Source: Felis catus
Lineage: Eukaryota
Length of the DNA: 64,000 nt
Direction of reading: 5' to 3'
Assembly: GCF_018350175.1 (NCBI RefSeq)
Contig: NC_058368.1
Span: forward strand, 31,684,001 to 31,748,000
The position numbers and the translations under genes were made by a program. Below, piece by piece: positions 48,691-60,355 of the stretch (position 1 is the stretch's first letter; each line of letters starts with the position of its first letter). The notes under the pieces were generated by a model. That model ran no database searches. It had not been told where the DNA came from and was given only the letters and a program-made list of their open reading frames with translations.

Positions 48691-51559
48691 AAGTAAATGA
48701 GGAAAGGCAGTGCCCTGTGAGATAAAGCAGAGAGAGAATAGGGCACCAAAATACAAAAACAAAAACAAAAACCAAAACGAAAAAAGAAAAAGAAAAACAC
48801 ATAGGCCCATGCTGTCCAAACTGCTAAAAACACAAAAATAACAACAACAACAACAAAAAATCAAAGCAGCAAGGAAAAAGAACTGGATGTTTGGGGAAAT
48901 AACTATAAGAGTTACTTAATGACAATTAAAGATAGCTGACCCCTTTTTAGGAACAAGAAGCTAGAACACAGTGGAATAGCATATTTAAAGTGTTTGGGGA
49001 AAACGGCATCAAAAATCAAAGCAAAATAAGGCATTTCCAAACATATGAAAACAGAGAGAATTTGCCATCAGCATCTCTACATTAAAAAAGAAATGAAAAA
49101 ATTAGATTCTTCATTAAGTCCTTTCTATATTTATGGAAATGATATGATGGAAATTTGGATTTATAGAGAGAAAGAAAGAACTACATAAGATTGAAAGCCA
49201 ATACTAAATATAATAGGCTATTTTCTCTCTCTTATTAAATTTATAAAACTATTTTAAGCAAAAAATAAAGGCAGGGTATTGGAGATACACATATGAATTA
49301 TTTAAAAATGGCACAAAGGCTAGAAAAGGAGTATAAATGGAAATGTAGTGTTGTAAATTTCTTACGGGTCAAAACATATAAAAGTAATCTGAGATATAAA
49401 GAGGAACTTGAAAGAAATAAAGAGGTATTGCTAAAACCTCATACAGAAGATTGAATAGAAGAATAAAAATACTCAACTAATGCAAGACAGGAAATGAGGA
49501 ACAAAGGAAAACAATAATAGATGTGTTAAACAAAAAGCCTGACATATCAGTAGTTGTATTGAATGTAATGGACTAAAGATGCCAATTAAAATGAAATCTT
49601 GTCATATTGGATAAATAGGTAAGGTCCAATTATATGCTGACTTGAACTTTATAAAGCATAACATTTTGATAAGCATATTTTAAAAGTTATATAATGAAAC
49701 AAGGATAATAGAAGAACCAAACTAATCTTGAAAAAGAGCCACAAAATTAGAAGATTTATATTACCTCATTTTAAAATCTACTGTAATCAATACTGTGAGG
49801 AATTGGCATAAACATCAATAAACAGGAAGTGGAAATATAATACAACAGAAAAGAGCCCCCCAAAATGTAAACAATATACAGCCAAATGATTTTTGAGAAA
49901 GGTACAAGACAATTCAATTGAGAAAGATATTATTTCAACAAATGATGCTGGACCAACTAGATATCCATATGAATATTGATAAACCTGCATGTTATTTACA
50001 CACATTAATTTACAATGGGTGATAAACTTCAATGAGAAGGCTTAAACAATAAGGCTTCTGATAAAAAACAACAACTAGGGCAACATTTTTTTACTTTTGG
50101 GTAGGCAAAGATTTCTAGGACATAAAAGTGATTAACAGTAAAGGAAAAATAAATAAATTGGGCTTCATCCACATTAACATTTCTGCTTTCCAAATACCAT
50201 ATAAACAGCTTATACATCATGAGTACTAGTTTGTAGTTTCTCTTTGTTCCTCACTGAATGGAGAAAAGTTCAAGAGTGACAACTTCAAGAGTTAGTAAGG
50301 ATGTAGAACAACTAAAATATTATATATTTGCTGATAAGAATAAAACAAAACAAAACAACTAGTTTAGAAAACAATTTGGTAATTTCTTAGAAGCTTTGTC
50401 CTTCACTGACTATATGACAGAACAATTACACTTGTAGGTATTTTTCCTAGAGAAATAAAAACTGCTGTCAACAAAAATTATTTGTGAAGAAATGGTCAGA
50501 GCAGCTAATACTTAATAGCCTCAAACTGAAAAAAAACCAAGTGGCTATGAATAGACATTTAAATTGTGATAAAGCCAAAGTCATGGGAGATTACCCAGTA
50601 ATCCCAAACCCAGTTATTGGTAAACCAATAACATTAATGATTCTTAAAAATTTGTTGAGCAAAATAATCCAGAGACCAAAGAGAAGAGAATATAATTCTA
50701 GTTATTAGAAGTCTTAGTACAGGCAAAAATTCTAGAAATAGGTGTAGTGATTTGATCTGGACATGGTGGTAGTTGACTTGAAAGGCTACAAGGGAACTTA
50801 CAGATTTGATGGAAATGTTCTATACTTAATTGGCATGTGCTTATACAATGAATATATTTGCTATATCTCATCTAACCAGTTTAAAAACTGTATTTTATTA
50901 TGTGTAAATTAACCTTCAATCTAAGAAAAACTATATAAATATTAAAGATTTTTATTTAAAACCACATTTTGTCCAATATTTTAAAATGTATTTTAATATT
51001 TAACTGTTAGGTTTTAAATTTACATTATTTTTCATTTTTAACTTATATATATATATATATATTCATTATTTTAGCATCTGTGTAGTATTCCATTTAGTTT
51101 AAATTTCCACATTTATTTAATCATTCCCCTATAAGACTAGACATTTAACACTGCCCCTCAGACAGGATATCCTAGCTGGTCCTTAGTAGAAGCTAACTTC
51201 GTGAAGCTAGCAAATGCCTGTCCATCTTCACATCTCATCTATATTTACATCAGCTGAGGTACACAGAAAATTCCTGACAGCCATTGCTGTTGTAAAATGT
51301 AGTGCCCTTCTGTACATACATGTAGTGGAATGGAGGGCAGATTAAGTGGCACAGTGGACACAAAAGTAAAAGAGAGAATTGTGGGTAAAGAAACTGAATT
51401 GGAGGCTATAATAATGCATGAAGGAAGTGCTTCCACTTTGGAAGCACTTTGTACAATAGATGGCTCTCATTGTGGCTAATTCTACCAAAGTTGTATGAAG
51501 TTTATAGAATATTAATATCTTATAGACCAAGCCTTCCACTATATGCCTACATAAATGAG

Positions 51560-51700
51560 CTAAGAGTAGTGAAGCTCAGAGTGAGAAATGGTAAAATAGT
51601 TGAAAGGGAGCAGTTGGAACAACTGGAGGTGTCTGCCTAAGCAGAGAAATTATTGGGAGGCATAGATCTGTTTTTAATATATGTGACCGGCATCCTATTA
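51560..51700 (+). mobile_element. Possible CR1/L3 relic
   Basis: The frame reading EQLEQLEVSA*AEKLLGGIDLFLIY weakly resembles the CR1 C-terminal motif [27 protein letters not shown]. Confidence 0.3.
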
Positions 51701-52068
51701 GTGGTTGAAGTGTTGTCTAAAGACAAATGACAAGGGCATACCTAAGAGCGAAACAGCTGCAAATGGAAATGGTTCAGAGAAGACATAAATCAGAGCAAGG
51801 GACTGCTGCATCATGGATAGTAAATCAAGCTGCATTAATTGGCAAATACAATGTGAAAACATTGGCCTCCAGAGACATGAAGTAGATAGATGAGAGAAAT
51901 GCAAAGCCTCATAGGTAGGGGGTAGATGGCAAGCAAGGCAAGGGATAGTGGTACTAAGATCATGCAGTTCCTTTGATTAGAAAAAGTTCAATATGTATCT
52001 GGCACCATGGGGCAGTGGAATCCCAAATATTTTGTTGTCTTTATTACTTTCAAAGAGATTCTCATGTA

Positions 52069-52270
52069 GGGGCACCTGGGTGGCTCAGTCGGCTAAGCAT
52101 CCAACTTAGGCTCAAGTTAAGATCTTGCAGGTTTGTGAGTTTGAGCACCACATCAGACTGTCAGCTCAGAGCCTAGAGCCTGCTTGGGGTTCTGTGTCTC
52201 CCTCTCTCTCTGGCCCTCCCCAGCTTGTGCTGTGTTTCTCTCTCAAAAATGAGTAAATGTTAAAAAATAT
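52069..52270 (+). mobile_element. Can-SINE (older member of a tandem pair)
   Basis: Outer TSD tcaaagagat(t/c)ctcat(g/a)ta at 52050-52068 and 52484-52502 encloses both SINEs. Confidence 0.93.
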
Positions 52271-52274
52271 CAGA

Positions 52275-52483
52275 GGGGCGCCTGGGTGGCTCAGTTGGTT
52301 AAGCGGCCCACTTCGGTTCAGGTCATGATCTCACGGTCTGTGAGTTCGAGCCCCACATCGGGCTCTGTGCTGACAGCTCGGAGCCTGGAGCTTGTTTCGG
52401 ATTCTGTGTCTCCCTCTCTCTCTGACCCTCCCCCTTTCATGCTGTCTCTCCCTGTGTCAAAAATAAATAAACGTTAAAAAAAA
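52275..52483 (+). mobile_element. Young Can-SINE (SINEC_Fc) inserted at the tail of the preceding SINE
   Basis: Near-consensus ggggcgcctgggtggctcagttggttaagcg...aaaaataaataaacgttaaaaa. Confidence 0.96.
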
Positions 52484-53924
52484 TCAAAGAGATCCTCATA
52501 TAAAAAAAAAAGAGAGAGAACAATATTGGTGTATTTAGTTTAGAAATTATAATTACATGAACTCATTTTATATGTTAGAGGAAAATAGGCATTTAGGCTT
52601 TGTTTTTTGAGCATGTATTTTTTTCATTTTTACATCAAATTTGGAATTTCAGCATGGAGATTAGTCTTTTTGGTGAAGAAATAAGTATGTATTCAAATTT
52701 AAATTTATACTTGAAAATACCTATATAATATGTAGTCACGACTGTGGATTCTTTACATGCATACATCTAAAAATGTGTGTATGTGCACATGAAAGTATTG
52801 GTTAACAGCACTGGAAATCAGTGTCTTCTTATTTTGCTTCCAATCTTATCTCCAGTGGGATTCTTGTTTTGTTTGTCACCTCTTGTAGCTTCTACTAAGT
52901 GAGAAGTGAGAAGATAGAATCACTGATTAACTTTTAGGTGTTGTCACTTAGGAGCAACCTGTAAACACGGGATGTTTTCGAGGTTGTTTTAAACGGACTA
53001 TTTCCACAGTTTATAAGGACTTGTGCCACTTTTTGTTATTTCCTGCTAAAATTTTACATAATGAATAAGTTTCTTATTTTAATAACAACTGAAATTAGTG
53101 TGAATAAAAAGCTAATTAAACTTTCACAATGGGAATCCAGTGTTAGTAAACCAGAAGATAGCACATCTTCACATTTGAAAATGCTAATGAGATTCATTGT
53201 CATCATTCATAATAGTTTATTTAAAATATCCTTATTTTAGGGTCAGACATGTCAAAGGAAGCGTAAAATATTTACTAATATCTAAATCAAATAACAGTAG
53301 ACAAACTTGCTTTTTATCACGTGAAATTTCTTCTCTGAGAGAACCTACATGTGTCAGATTCAAAATTGGGATTCAGTCAATTCTGTGAGAACCCCCTATT
53401 AGGCTGGCATAATGGAACAATAGCACTCAGTTGTTGAGCCCCATTTTAAATGGTACATCTATTATTATACTAATGATTACAAACCATATGGTGTAACCAA
53501 TAGGGCTGTCTTTAAATACACTAATTACATCAAGTGCAGGCAATAAAACAGGTGCTAAAACAATGTTCTCACACACTGTTTTTCATTTACAGCTCCATAG
53601 AAGACCTTTAGTAGGGAGATTGGAACTCCAATCTATTTCCACAGACTCCCATTTGACATTTAAAGATCCTGCATAACTATCCAGTCAACACCAATTTAAA
53701 CAACAAATATGCTATTTGTTAGTAAACCTGGATATAGATTTTTTTTTAACTGAGGATAAATGGATGAGAGAAGAGCAATCTAAAACAAATAATGTCAATT
53801 TTTAATGGGAGTTTTAAAGCCAATTTCATCTATTATATGTTGTGCCATTCTGTGTTTAGAGTATCTAATTTCTTATATATTAGGATAATATGTAAATAAT
53901 CTAATAAGAGACAACAGTAGTGTA

Positions 53925-54075
53925 AAGGCAAAAGCATAGGGCTAAGTCATTGTTTCATGTATTCCAACAGTCAGGTGACTTTGGGCAAGCAGCTGCATAT
54001 GAATGTTCAGCATTTTCCTCTATAAAGAGGATGGGTTGATTCAGGTTATTTCTAAGCTCCTTTCCATCTATAAAA
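53925..54075 (+). mobile_element. MIR relic
   Basis: gtgactttgggcaagcagc...tcagcattttcctctataaagagg...ttctaagctcctttccatcta. Confidence 0.5.
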
Positions 54076-54107
54076 TTCTATTATTCTTGTGATGAATTCA
54101 TTAGAGA

Positions 54108-54617
54108 TGTTAGTTAGGTTCTACCAGGTTGCCTGGAGGCCAGCAAAAAAGAAGTAATGGCCATCTGTGGGGAAAGTCAGAAGTCTGTCCTGCCAGCACT
54201 CTAAAACAGAGCCATAAGAAGCCCGGTCAAACCAGATAGGACCAAGATGGTGGACAAAGTAGGCTGGAAACCACTGACCAAATAAGGGAGGCACCAAAAC
54301 CCTGCTTCCAAGAAATGCCTGCCCCAGGTAATGAATATTCCACCCCCTACTTAACAACTGTCTTAATAAAAGATAAAAACTCCAAGGTGCGTAGTTCTCT
54401 TAATCTCTTTTTCTCACTCTCGGACTCTCTTTCCTACTCTCACATTTTGAGTCTATTTTGGATTTAATGAACATTCCTTCTTGTTTTGCTCATCTGCTGT
54501 GTTGTGTCTGTCTTTGAATTCTTTCTGATGACAATACCAAGAGCCTTCAGCTACATCTTTGGGATGAGTGGAGTCAAGGCCTCAGGATCAGGGGTCTCCC
54601 CAGTTCGCCCAGCAACA
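54108..54617 (+). mobile_element. ERV solo LTR (ERV1-like; subfamily not assigned)
   Basis: TG...CA termini (tgttag...gcaaca), tgaatattccacccc, an A-rich TATA-like region, and R/U5-like tctttgaattctttctg...accaagagcc. Confidence 0.65.
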
Positions 54618-54620
54618 AAA

Positions 54621-54935
54621 TGATAAGATGCTCTCTGACCAAACTTTAGTTATGTTCCTTTAGGTCCTTGTATTTTTTTTTTAAGTTTATTTATTTGTTT
54701 TGAGAGAAAGAGAAAGAAAGTGTGAGTGAGGGGCAGAGAAAGAGAGGAAGAAAGAGAGAATCCTAAGCAGCCTCTGCACTAACAGTGTGGAGCCCCATAT
54801 GGGGCTCAAACCCACAAACCCTGAGATCATCATGACCTGAGCTGAAGTTGGCCCCTTCACCAACTGAGCCACCCAGGTGTCTTCCTTCAAGCTCTCTTCT
54901 TAACTAAGCCTCAACCTTGGCCTCTATCCTTGTCA
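54621..54935 (+). mobile_element. MER31/MER67-like LTR 5' fragment split by a SINE
   Basis: tgataag...tctctgaccaaactttagtta ... ctcttcttaactaagcctcaaccttggcc matches the start of MER31-type LTRs as recalled. Confidence 0.5.
54673..54883 (-). mobile_element. Can-SINE
   Basis: Poly-T, (GA)-rich block, then catgacctgagctgaag...caactgagccacccaggtg. Confidence 0.93.
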
Positions 54936-55966
54936 GAAAGTTTTAAAAAGAATATAATATTTTTCACTAGCAAAGCATTTAAGGTGAAATATGTATAGTC
55001 TAGATTGCCCAAAAAAAAAAAAAAAAAAAAGCACATTGTAAAGAATTAGCAAACATTACCTATTTGCAAATTACCGACTGGTATGTTAGTGGCCTAAAAT
55101 GAAAATTGGTTCTCAAATTACTAGTCTTTAATGAGATAAGAACTTTAATGGGAGAGTAAGTAGTTACCAGCATGTTCGGGAATAGGAGAGCCCAGTTGGT
55201 CAAAAATCTCTATTAAAGGATGTTTCTGTTTACTTAGGCTGAAATGACACAGTAGGGAGGGGGTCATGGGGTTTCTGGCAAAAGGATGAACTTTCTAAGC
55301 CTGCCTCATCTCTGGTGTCCATGGGTTTGCAAGCATTCCTGCAGGTTTTGCTTCTGGACACGATGGTACCTCCTAACCCTGCCTCTCTGGCAAGCAGAGC
55401 CTCTGTGTTCCTCCTTTCAGACCTGTCTGACATTGACCTCTTCCCAAAGAGAGATGAGAAGGTAATCGCCAGGTCGAGAGAATATTCACGAATTCATTTA
55501 GCTGAAACATTTAGTAAAATGCAACTCCAGAATCCTATGAGGATGTTAGAAGTGACTGGTTGGTCAGATGTCAATTAACACGAAGCAGCAGATTCAATGA
55601 AATTACAGGACACTATGAAATCACTTTATGTGAGGCTGCAGCAGGAGGCCCTTCACTAGCTTTTAGCCATATTCTCAATCAGCAGGTAATATAAGCAGCA
55701 CTGCCACTATCGTCTTTCCTTCTTTCCTCACCCACTTGCTCGCTCCTTCTTTCTCTCCTTCCTTTCTTCCATCCCTCCAATCAGTGCAACTCCCTGCATA
55801 AACTTTTCCATAACCACTAAGCAAGTGGCCCTCTGCCTAATTCCACAATATCATCTGTAAACTGCTCTTGACAATATCATTTCTAGCCATAGCCATTTTT
55901 GTCTCTTGAACATGTAACTTAGAGTTGTATTTTGTATCATCTTGAATATTCTTCCCCTAAAATTTT

Positions 55967-56182
55967 TATTTTCTTTTATTTATTTTTTTTTAATGTTTAT
56001 TTATCTTGGAAAGAAAGACAGAGCACAAGCAGGGGAGGGGCAGAGAGAGCCAGACACAGAATCTGAAACAGGTTCTAGGCTCTGAGCTGTCGGTGCAGAG
56101 CCAGACAGGGCTCGAACTCATGAACCATGAGATCATGACCTGAGCTGAAGTCAGACTCTTAACCAACTGAGCCACCCAGTTT
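55967..56182 (-). mobile_element. Can-SINE (SINEC_Fc-like)
   Basis: TSD ccccta(a/g)aatttt at 55954-55966 and 56183-56195. Confidence 0.94.
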
Positions 56183-56229
56183 CCCCTAGAATTTTGTTTT
56201 TAAAATTTATCTTCTCACAGAGGCCTTAT

Positions 56230-56262
56230 CCATCCCCCCCAGCTTTATTGAGATATAAGTGA
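56230..56262 (-). mobile_element. Extremely 5'-truncated L1 3' terminus (~33 bp) with TSD
   Basis: Reverse complement tcacttatatctcaataaagctggggggg is the same L1 terminus as at 385-415. TSD cacagagg(c/t)cttat at 56216-56229 and 56263-56276. Confidence 0.75.
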
Positions 56263-56479
56263 CACAGAGGTCTTATTTGAGTGCACTCTAGCAAGAAGTT
56301 CTCAAAATCAAAGCACAAAATTAACAATAGTGGGTAACTTATTCTCTGTCTTATAACCAATACCTCTAACTGTGCCTAGCACATAATAGTTATTCAATGA
56401 TTATTTATTAAATAAATGGTTATTTTCTGCCATGCCTTGGTAGCAGTAAAAATAGCACTGGTGAATAAATTACAAGTAA

Positions 56480-56722
56480 AGTATATATACTTTATATATA
56501 CTGTATACTATATAGATATATATATATATAGTGTATATATATATGTATATATATGTATATACGTATATATATATACACTATATAGTGTATATATAGTGTA
56601 TATATATATATACACACTATATAGTGTATATATAGTGTATATATATGTATATAGAGTATACATATATGTAGTGTATATAAATATATATATATATGAGTAT
56701 ACATATATATAGTGTATATATC
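56480..56722. repeat. Long (TA)-rich compound microsatellite with repeated palindromic units
   Basis: About 240 bp of TA with recurring tatacactatatagtgtata units. Confidence 0.95.
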
Positions 56723-57448
56723 CCATTAATAGTAGTAAGTGTACCAAAAATAAATAAATTATTAACCTGTGGAGTAGAGAATGGAAGGGAAGTCAATTTT
56801 AAACAGAGAAAAACATCTATGAAGAATTTAAGTTAATACTTGGGGCCAGCCACCCAAAGAAAATATTATAAGGAAAATAAACAGCAGGAGCTAATTCTCT
56901 GAGCAGTTAGGTGTTTGGTGCACAATGGGGAAAATTATTTGTAACAATGGGGAAATTTGCTTTGGCAGATTAATGCAAACATTCAGGGCCTCATAAGCCA
57001 TGGAGTAATGTTTGGATTTTATCCCAAACATAATGTGAAGCTATGAAAGAGTTGAAGCTATGGAGAAACTGATTGAATTTTCTTTCTTTTCTTTTTTTTT
57101 TTAATAAAAAAATCCTTCTGATTTCTGTATAAAAGAAGATAAATTGGATGCTAACCATGGTTGAAAGAGGGAAACATGTTAAGAGGCCACTACAGTAATG
57201 TAACCCAGAGAATAGTGATTGGTAAATTCCACAAAAATTAATGATAAATTTAATAGAAAGTTTGTGATAAAGGGAGGAATCAGGAACCTCAGATTTCAAG
57301 CTTGAACAAATAACTGGACATTGGATAAAGGTACGTTTTATAAAACAGAAAAGAATGTGGAAGGAATAGATGGGGAATTTGTAAGAACAACTTATGAAAA
57401 CTTAATTACTGAAAGAGTGGGAACTGGTCAAGCAGAAACATAGAATGA

Positions 57449-57675
57449 GGGGTGCCTGGGTGGCTCAGTCAGTTGAGCATCCGGCTTCAGCTCAGGTCAT
57501 GATCTCACACTTTGTGGGTTAGAGCCCCGCATCGGGCTCTGTGCTGACAGCTCAGAGCCTGGAGCCTGTTTCTGATCCTGTGTCTTCCTTTCTCTCTGCT
57601 CCTCCCCTGCTCATGCTCTGTCTGTCTGTCTCTCTCCTTCAAAAATAAATAAAAACATTAAAAAAATTTTTTTAA
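57449..57675 (+). mobile_element. Can-SINE (SINEC_Fc-like)
   Basis: ggggtgcctgggtggctcagtcagttgagc head; flanks agaaacatagaatga / agaaacatcaaatga. Confidence 0.95.
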
Positions 57676-57952
57676 AGAAACATCAAATGAATGATTGGAT
57701 ACATATGACTGAAGCTCAGAGAAAATGTCTGGGCTTAAGATACTGAAGATATAAATTTATGGGTCATTAGTGTATTGCTATTTTTATAGCCAAAGAAAGT
57801 ATGTTATCACTTAGGGGAAGAATATAAAGAACAAGAGGAAAGTATTGGGGCCAAACTTTGAGGAACATCAATATTGAGATTTCAGTTTTAGCACAAGAGC
57901 AATTTAAAAAAGTGAAAGAAAAAACAAACAGTGAGATAGGATGTCATATATG

Positions 57953-58010
57953 GTAAAAGAGAAAACTCTCCCAAAAATGATTGTAAAAGAGAAAACTCTC
58001 CCAAAAATGA
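57953..58010. repeat. Tandem duplication, 28-bp identical unit with 30-bp period
   Basis: gtaaaagagaaaactctcccaaaaatga at 57953-57980 and 57983-58010. Confidence 0.95.
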
Positions 58011-58014
58011 GTAT

Positions 58015-58178
58015 GGGATTCCTGTATGGCTCAGTCAGTTAAGCATCAGGTCATGATCTCACAGTTCATTGAGTTTGAGCCCCATGGATGGAGCCTGCTT
58101 AGGATTCTCTCTCTCTTTCTCTCCCTGCTCCTCCGCCACTTGTGCATGCATGCTCTCTCTCTCTTTCTCGCTTTCTCA

Positions 58179-58226
<48 letters not shown>

Positions 58227-58246
58227 AAATACATAAATAAATCTTA
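58015..58246 (+). mobile_element. Can-SINE with internal deletions and a (TAAA)n tail
   Basis: TSD aaaaatgagta at 58003-58013 and 58247-58257. Confidence 0.92.
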
Positions 58247-58610
58247 AAAAATGAGTACATAATCAAATATTTGAATGCTTCACTGAAGTGCAAAAGATGA
58301 GGACATATTCCAGAGGATATATGGAGAAGTAAGCCAGACTGGAGTGAGTAGAAAGAATGAGAAGTGGGAAAGTAGAGAGTACATAAACCACCCTTTCCCA
58401 AAGCTTGGCTTTGAGGGAGGGTAAGAAATTTAGAGGATTGAGGAAAGGGGACACTAGAATCATGAGGCTTTTTTTAAAGATATATTTATCACCCTCCATG
58501 TCCCAAAGCATAACAATCTATAATTACTGTTCAGTTTGAAATGCTACAGTTGGAAGAACAGAAAACTCAGAGAATGGTACCTTAAGCCATAGAGTTACTT
58601 AAGGATTCTT

Positions 58611-58814
58611 TTTCCTTATTTTTTTTTAAATGTTTATTCATATTTGAGAGAGAGCGAGAGAGTGAGTGATTGGGGTGGGGTCAAAGAGAGAGGGGGACAG
58701 AGGACATGAAGTGGGCTGTGTACTGACAGCAGTGAGCACAATGTGGGGCTCAAACTCATGACCTGAGCTGAAGTTGGATGCTCAGCTCAACCAACTGAGC
58801 CACCCAGGCGCCCC
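58611..58814 (-). mobile_element. Can-SINE
   Basis: Ends gagccacccaggcgcccc; TSD aaggattctt at 58601-58610 and 58818-58827. Confidence 0.93.
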
Positions 58815-60154
58815 AAGAAGGATTCTTGATGAAGGTAATCTGGGGCTTGTTCAGAAGCTCAATATTGCCATCAAAGACCTAGTTTATTTCTGTTTTTCTC
58901 CTCTGCTTACATTGGCTTGTTGTCCTTAAGTGTTTTGCTGCTGTTCATGATAGACTCTCAAAGGTCTAGAATCACATCTGCTTTTGAGGCAGGAGGAATG
59001 GAAAAACTGAGCACTTCTTCCATTTATACGAAGCAAATGAGTATCTTCTCAAGCCTCAAAATGGACTTCCACTGGGATGTTGTTGGCCTGAACTTTGCTA
59101 CACAGCAATTCTGAATCTAGAAAAGTGAGTGGCATTTCTGACTTCTCATTTATTATGGAAATAAGCAAGGGGAAAACACTGTTTGCTAACAAAAAATCTA
59201 CATCAGCCATATAATAGAAAACTTACAACAGAACATAAAAATAACTTTAAAAATTATAAGTGAATATATTAATTTTGAAAGATCTTTTGAGACATCTTTT
59301 TCTGTAGGAAAAAAATAGCCTTTCTCAAAAGGATTTGTACATGAGGTTCTAGCCAGCATGTTTCACATATGGGTCATGTTTACAAAACGTTTGGTATCAC
59401 TTATTTCGGCAATTTCTAATTTTGAGAACAGCCACTAAATTACAGCAGTCAAACACCTTCAAGCCCAAAATGATCGCTATTTTTCAACAATGATGGTGCA
59501 TCTATATATAATTCACTAAACCCACTGTACTCTTAGATTTGGTTTGGGCTTCCTTTTTTCACTTCTTGATAGTATGTTTTATAATCTTCTTGAATTATTT
59601 TATATACATTCACTGTTATCTCATCAGTAATACTGGTTCCTTGTGGAAGTTCTTTATCATGTGTGCCTAAGATTCTCTTCTATGCTCACAGGACATTTTT
59701 TTAATCTCTGTCACTAACTGAAGAAATGATTGATTTAATTAATGAACAATTCTGGCATCACACTACATATTTTAATTAGGTTTTTATTTGAGCAATGGAG
59801 TTTAAAAAGCATGTTTTCATTATCCAAACAAACACTTGGAAAAATAAAATGAGAAAGCTTCAAGGAATAAATGCTGTTATATTTCCCATGTTAAATTACT
59901 TGTTAGATGGCATGTGATAAATGTTTTTGTAGTTGCCACCAGAATGCCAGCATACAATTTTGTATTTCTAGGTCAGCTAACCAAAACAAGTGACTTCAAG
60001 GACCACTGTGTCCTCCATGCCTTTTCTCTGCGTAAAGGCCACATAAATTGTCCACCAGCTTGTGAAACTTTCTATATGATTTTTATCTCACTAATGTGAT
60101 CTATTTCATTTTGCTGTGGTTAGAATTAGATAAATTGCTTAGACACATTATAGT

Positions 60155-60355
60155 ATATCTGCTGGTACATTAGTAAACTACCTCCCTTGAAAGAATAAAA
60201 AATAGTTTTGATTTGTGTTATTTGCCAACTTCTGTGTTATAAAAACTCCAGACATGATCGATTTCAAACTATGAATGATTTAACAATGGGCTTGCCAAAT
60301 TCCTGACTATTTGACAAGAGGCTCTCTAGAGCCAGTGCTAGCCAGATCCAGTTCA
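60155..60355 (+). mobile_element. hAT-Blackjack MER63-like element
   Basis: tgctggtacatt...tgatttgtgttatttgccaacttctgtgttataaaaactccagacatgatcgatttcaaacta...ggctctctagagccagtgc. Confidence 0.6.

Larger units (their letters stand above)
46800..50925 (+). mobile_element. Ancient fragmented L1 (L1ME-like): 5' region, ORF1 and ORF2 relics and 3' end, with nested insertions
   Basis: gacttctatttcc start; ORF1-like aagaaccaaatggaaattgtagaactgaaaata; ORF2-like ttcaacaaatgatgctggaccaactagatatcc; 3' end gatggaaatgttctatactt...tgtaaattaaccttcaat. Confidence 0.7.
56780..58480 (-). mobile_element. L2 relic, split by two SINEs
   Basis: ataagccatggagtaatgtttggattttatcc, gttaagaggccactacagtaat, gctcagagaaaatgtctgggc, aagccagactggagtgagtaga are antisense L2 blocks. 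Confidence 0.6.

Noticed and set aside
30120..53600. Isolated strong-looking + strand splice acceptors (near 30143, 37874, 41914, 43222, 53592)
   Set aside because: No matching donor or recognisable coding frame; pyrimidine tracts followed by AG are frequent in AT-rich DNA.
56416..56747. Tyr/Ile-rich ORFs
   Set aside because: Translations of the (TA)n array.
1298..58234. Recurring ORFs beginning MAQSV/MAQLVK (e.g. 1298-1588, 18406-18621, 19539-19721, 52286-52477, 55990-56175) that look like a small-protein family
   Set aside because: They are translations of Can-SINE copies (gtggctcagtcggttaag...), not genes.
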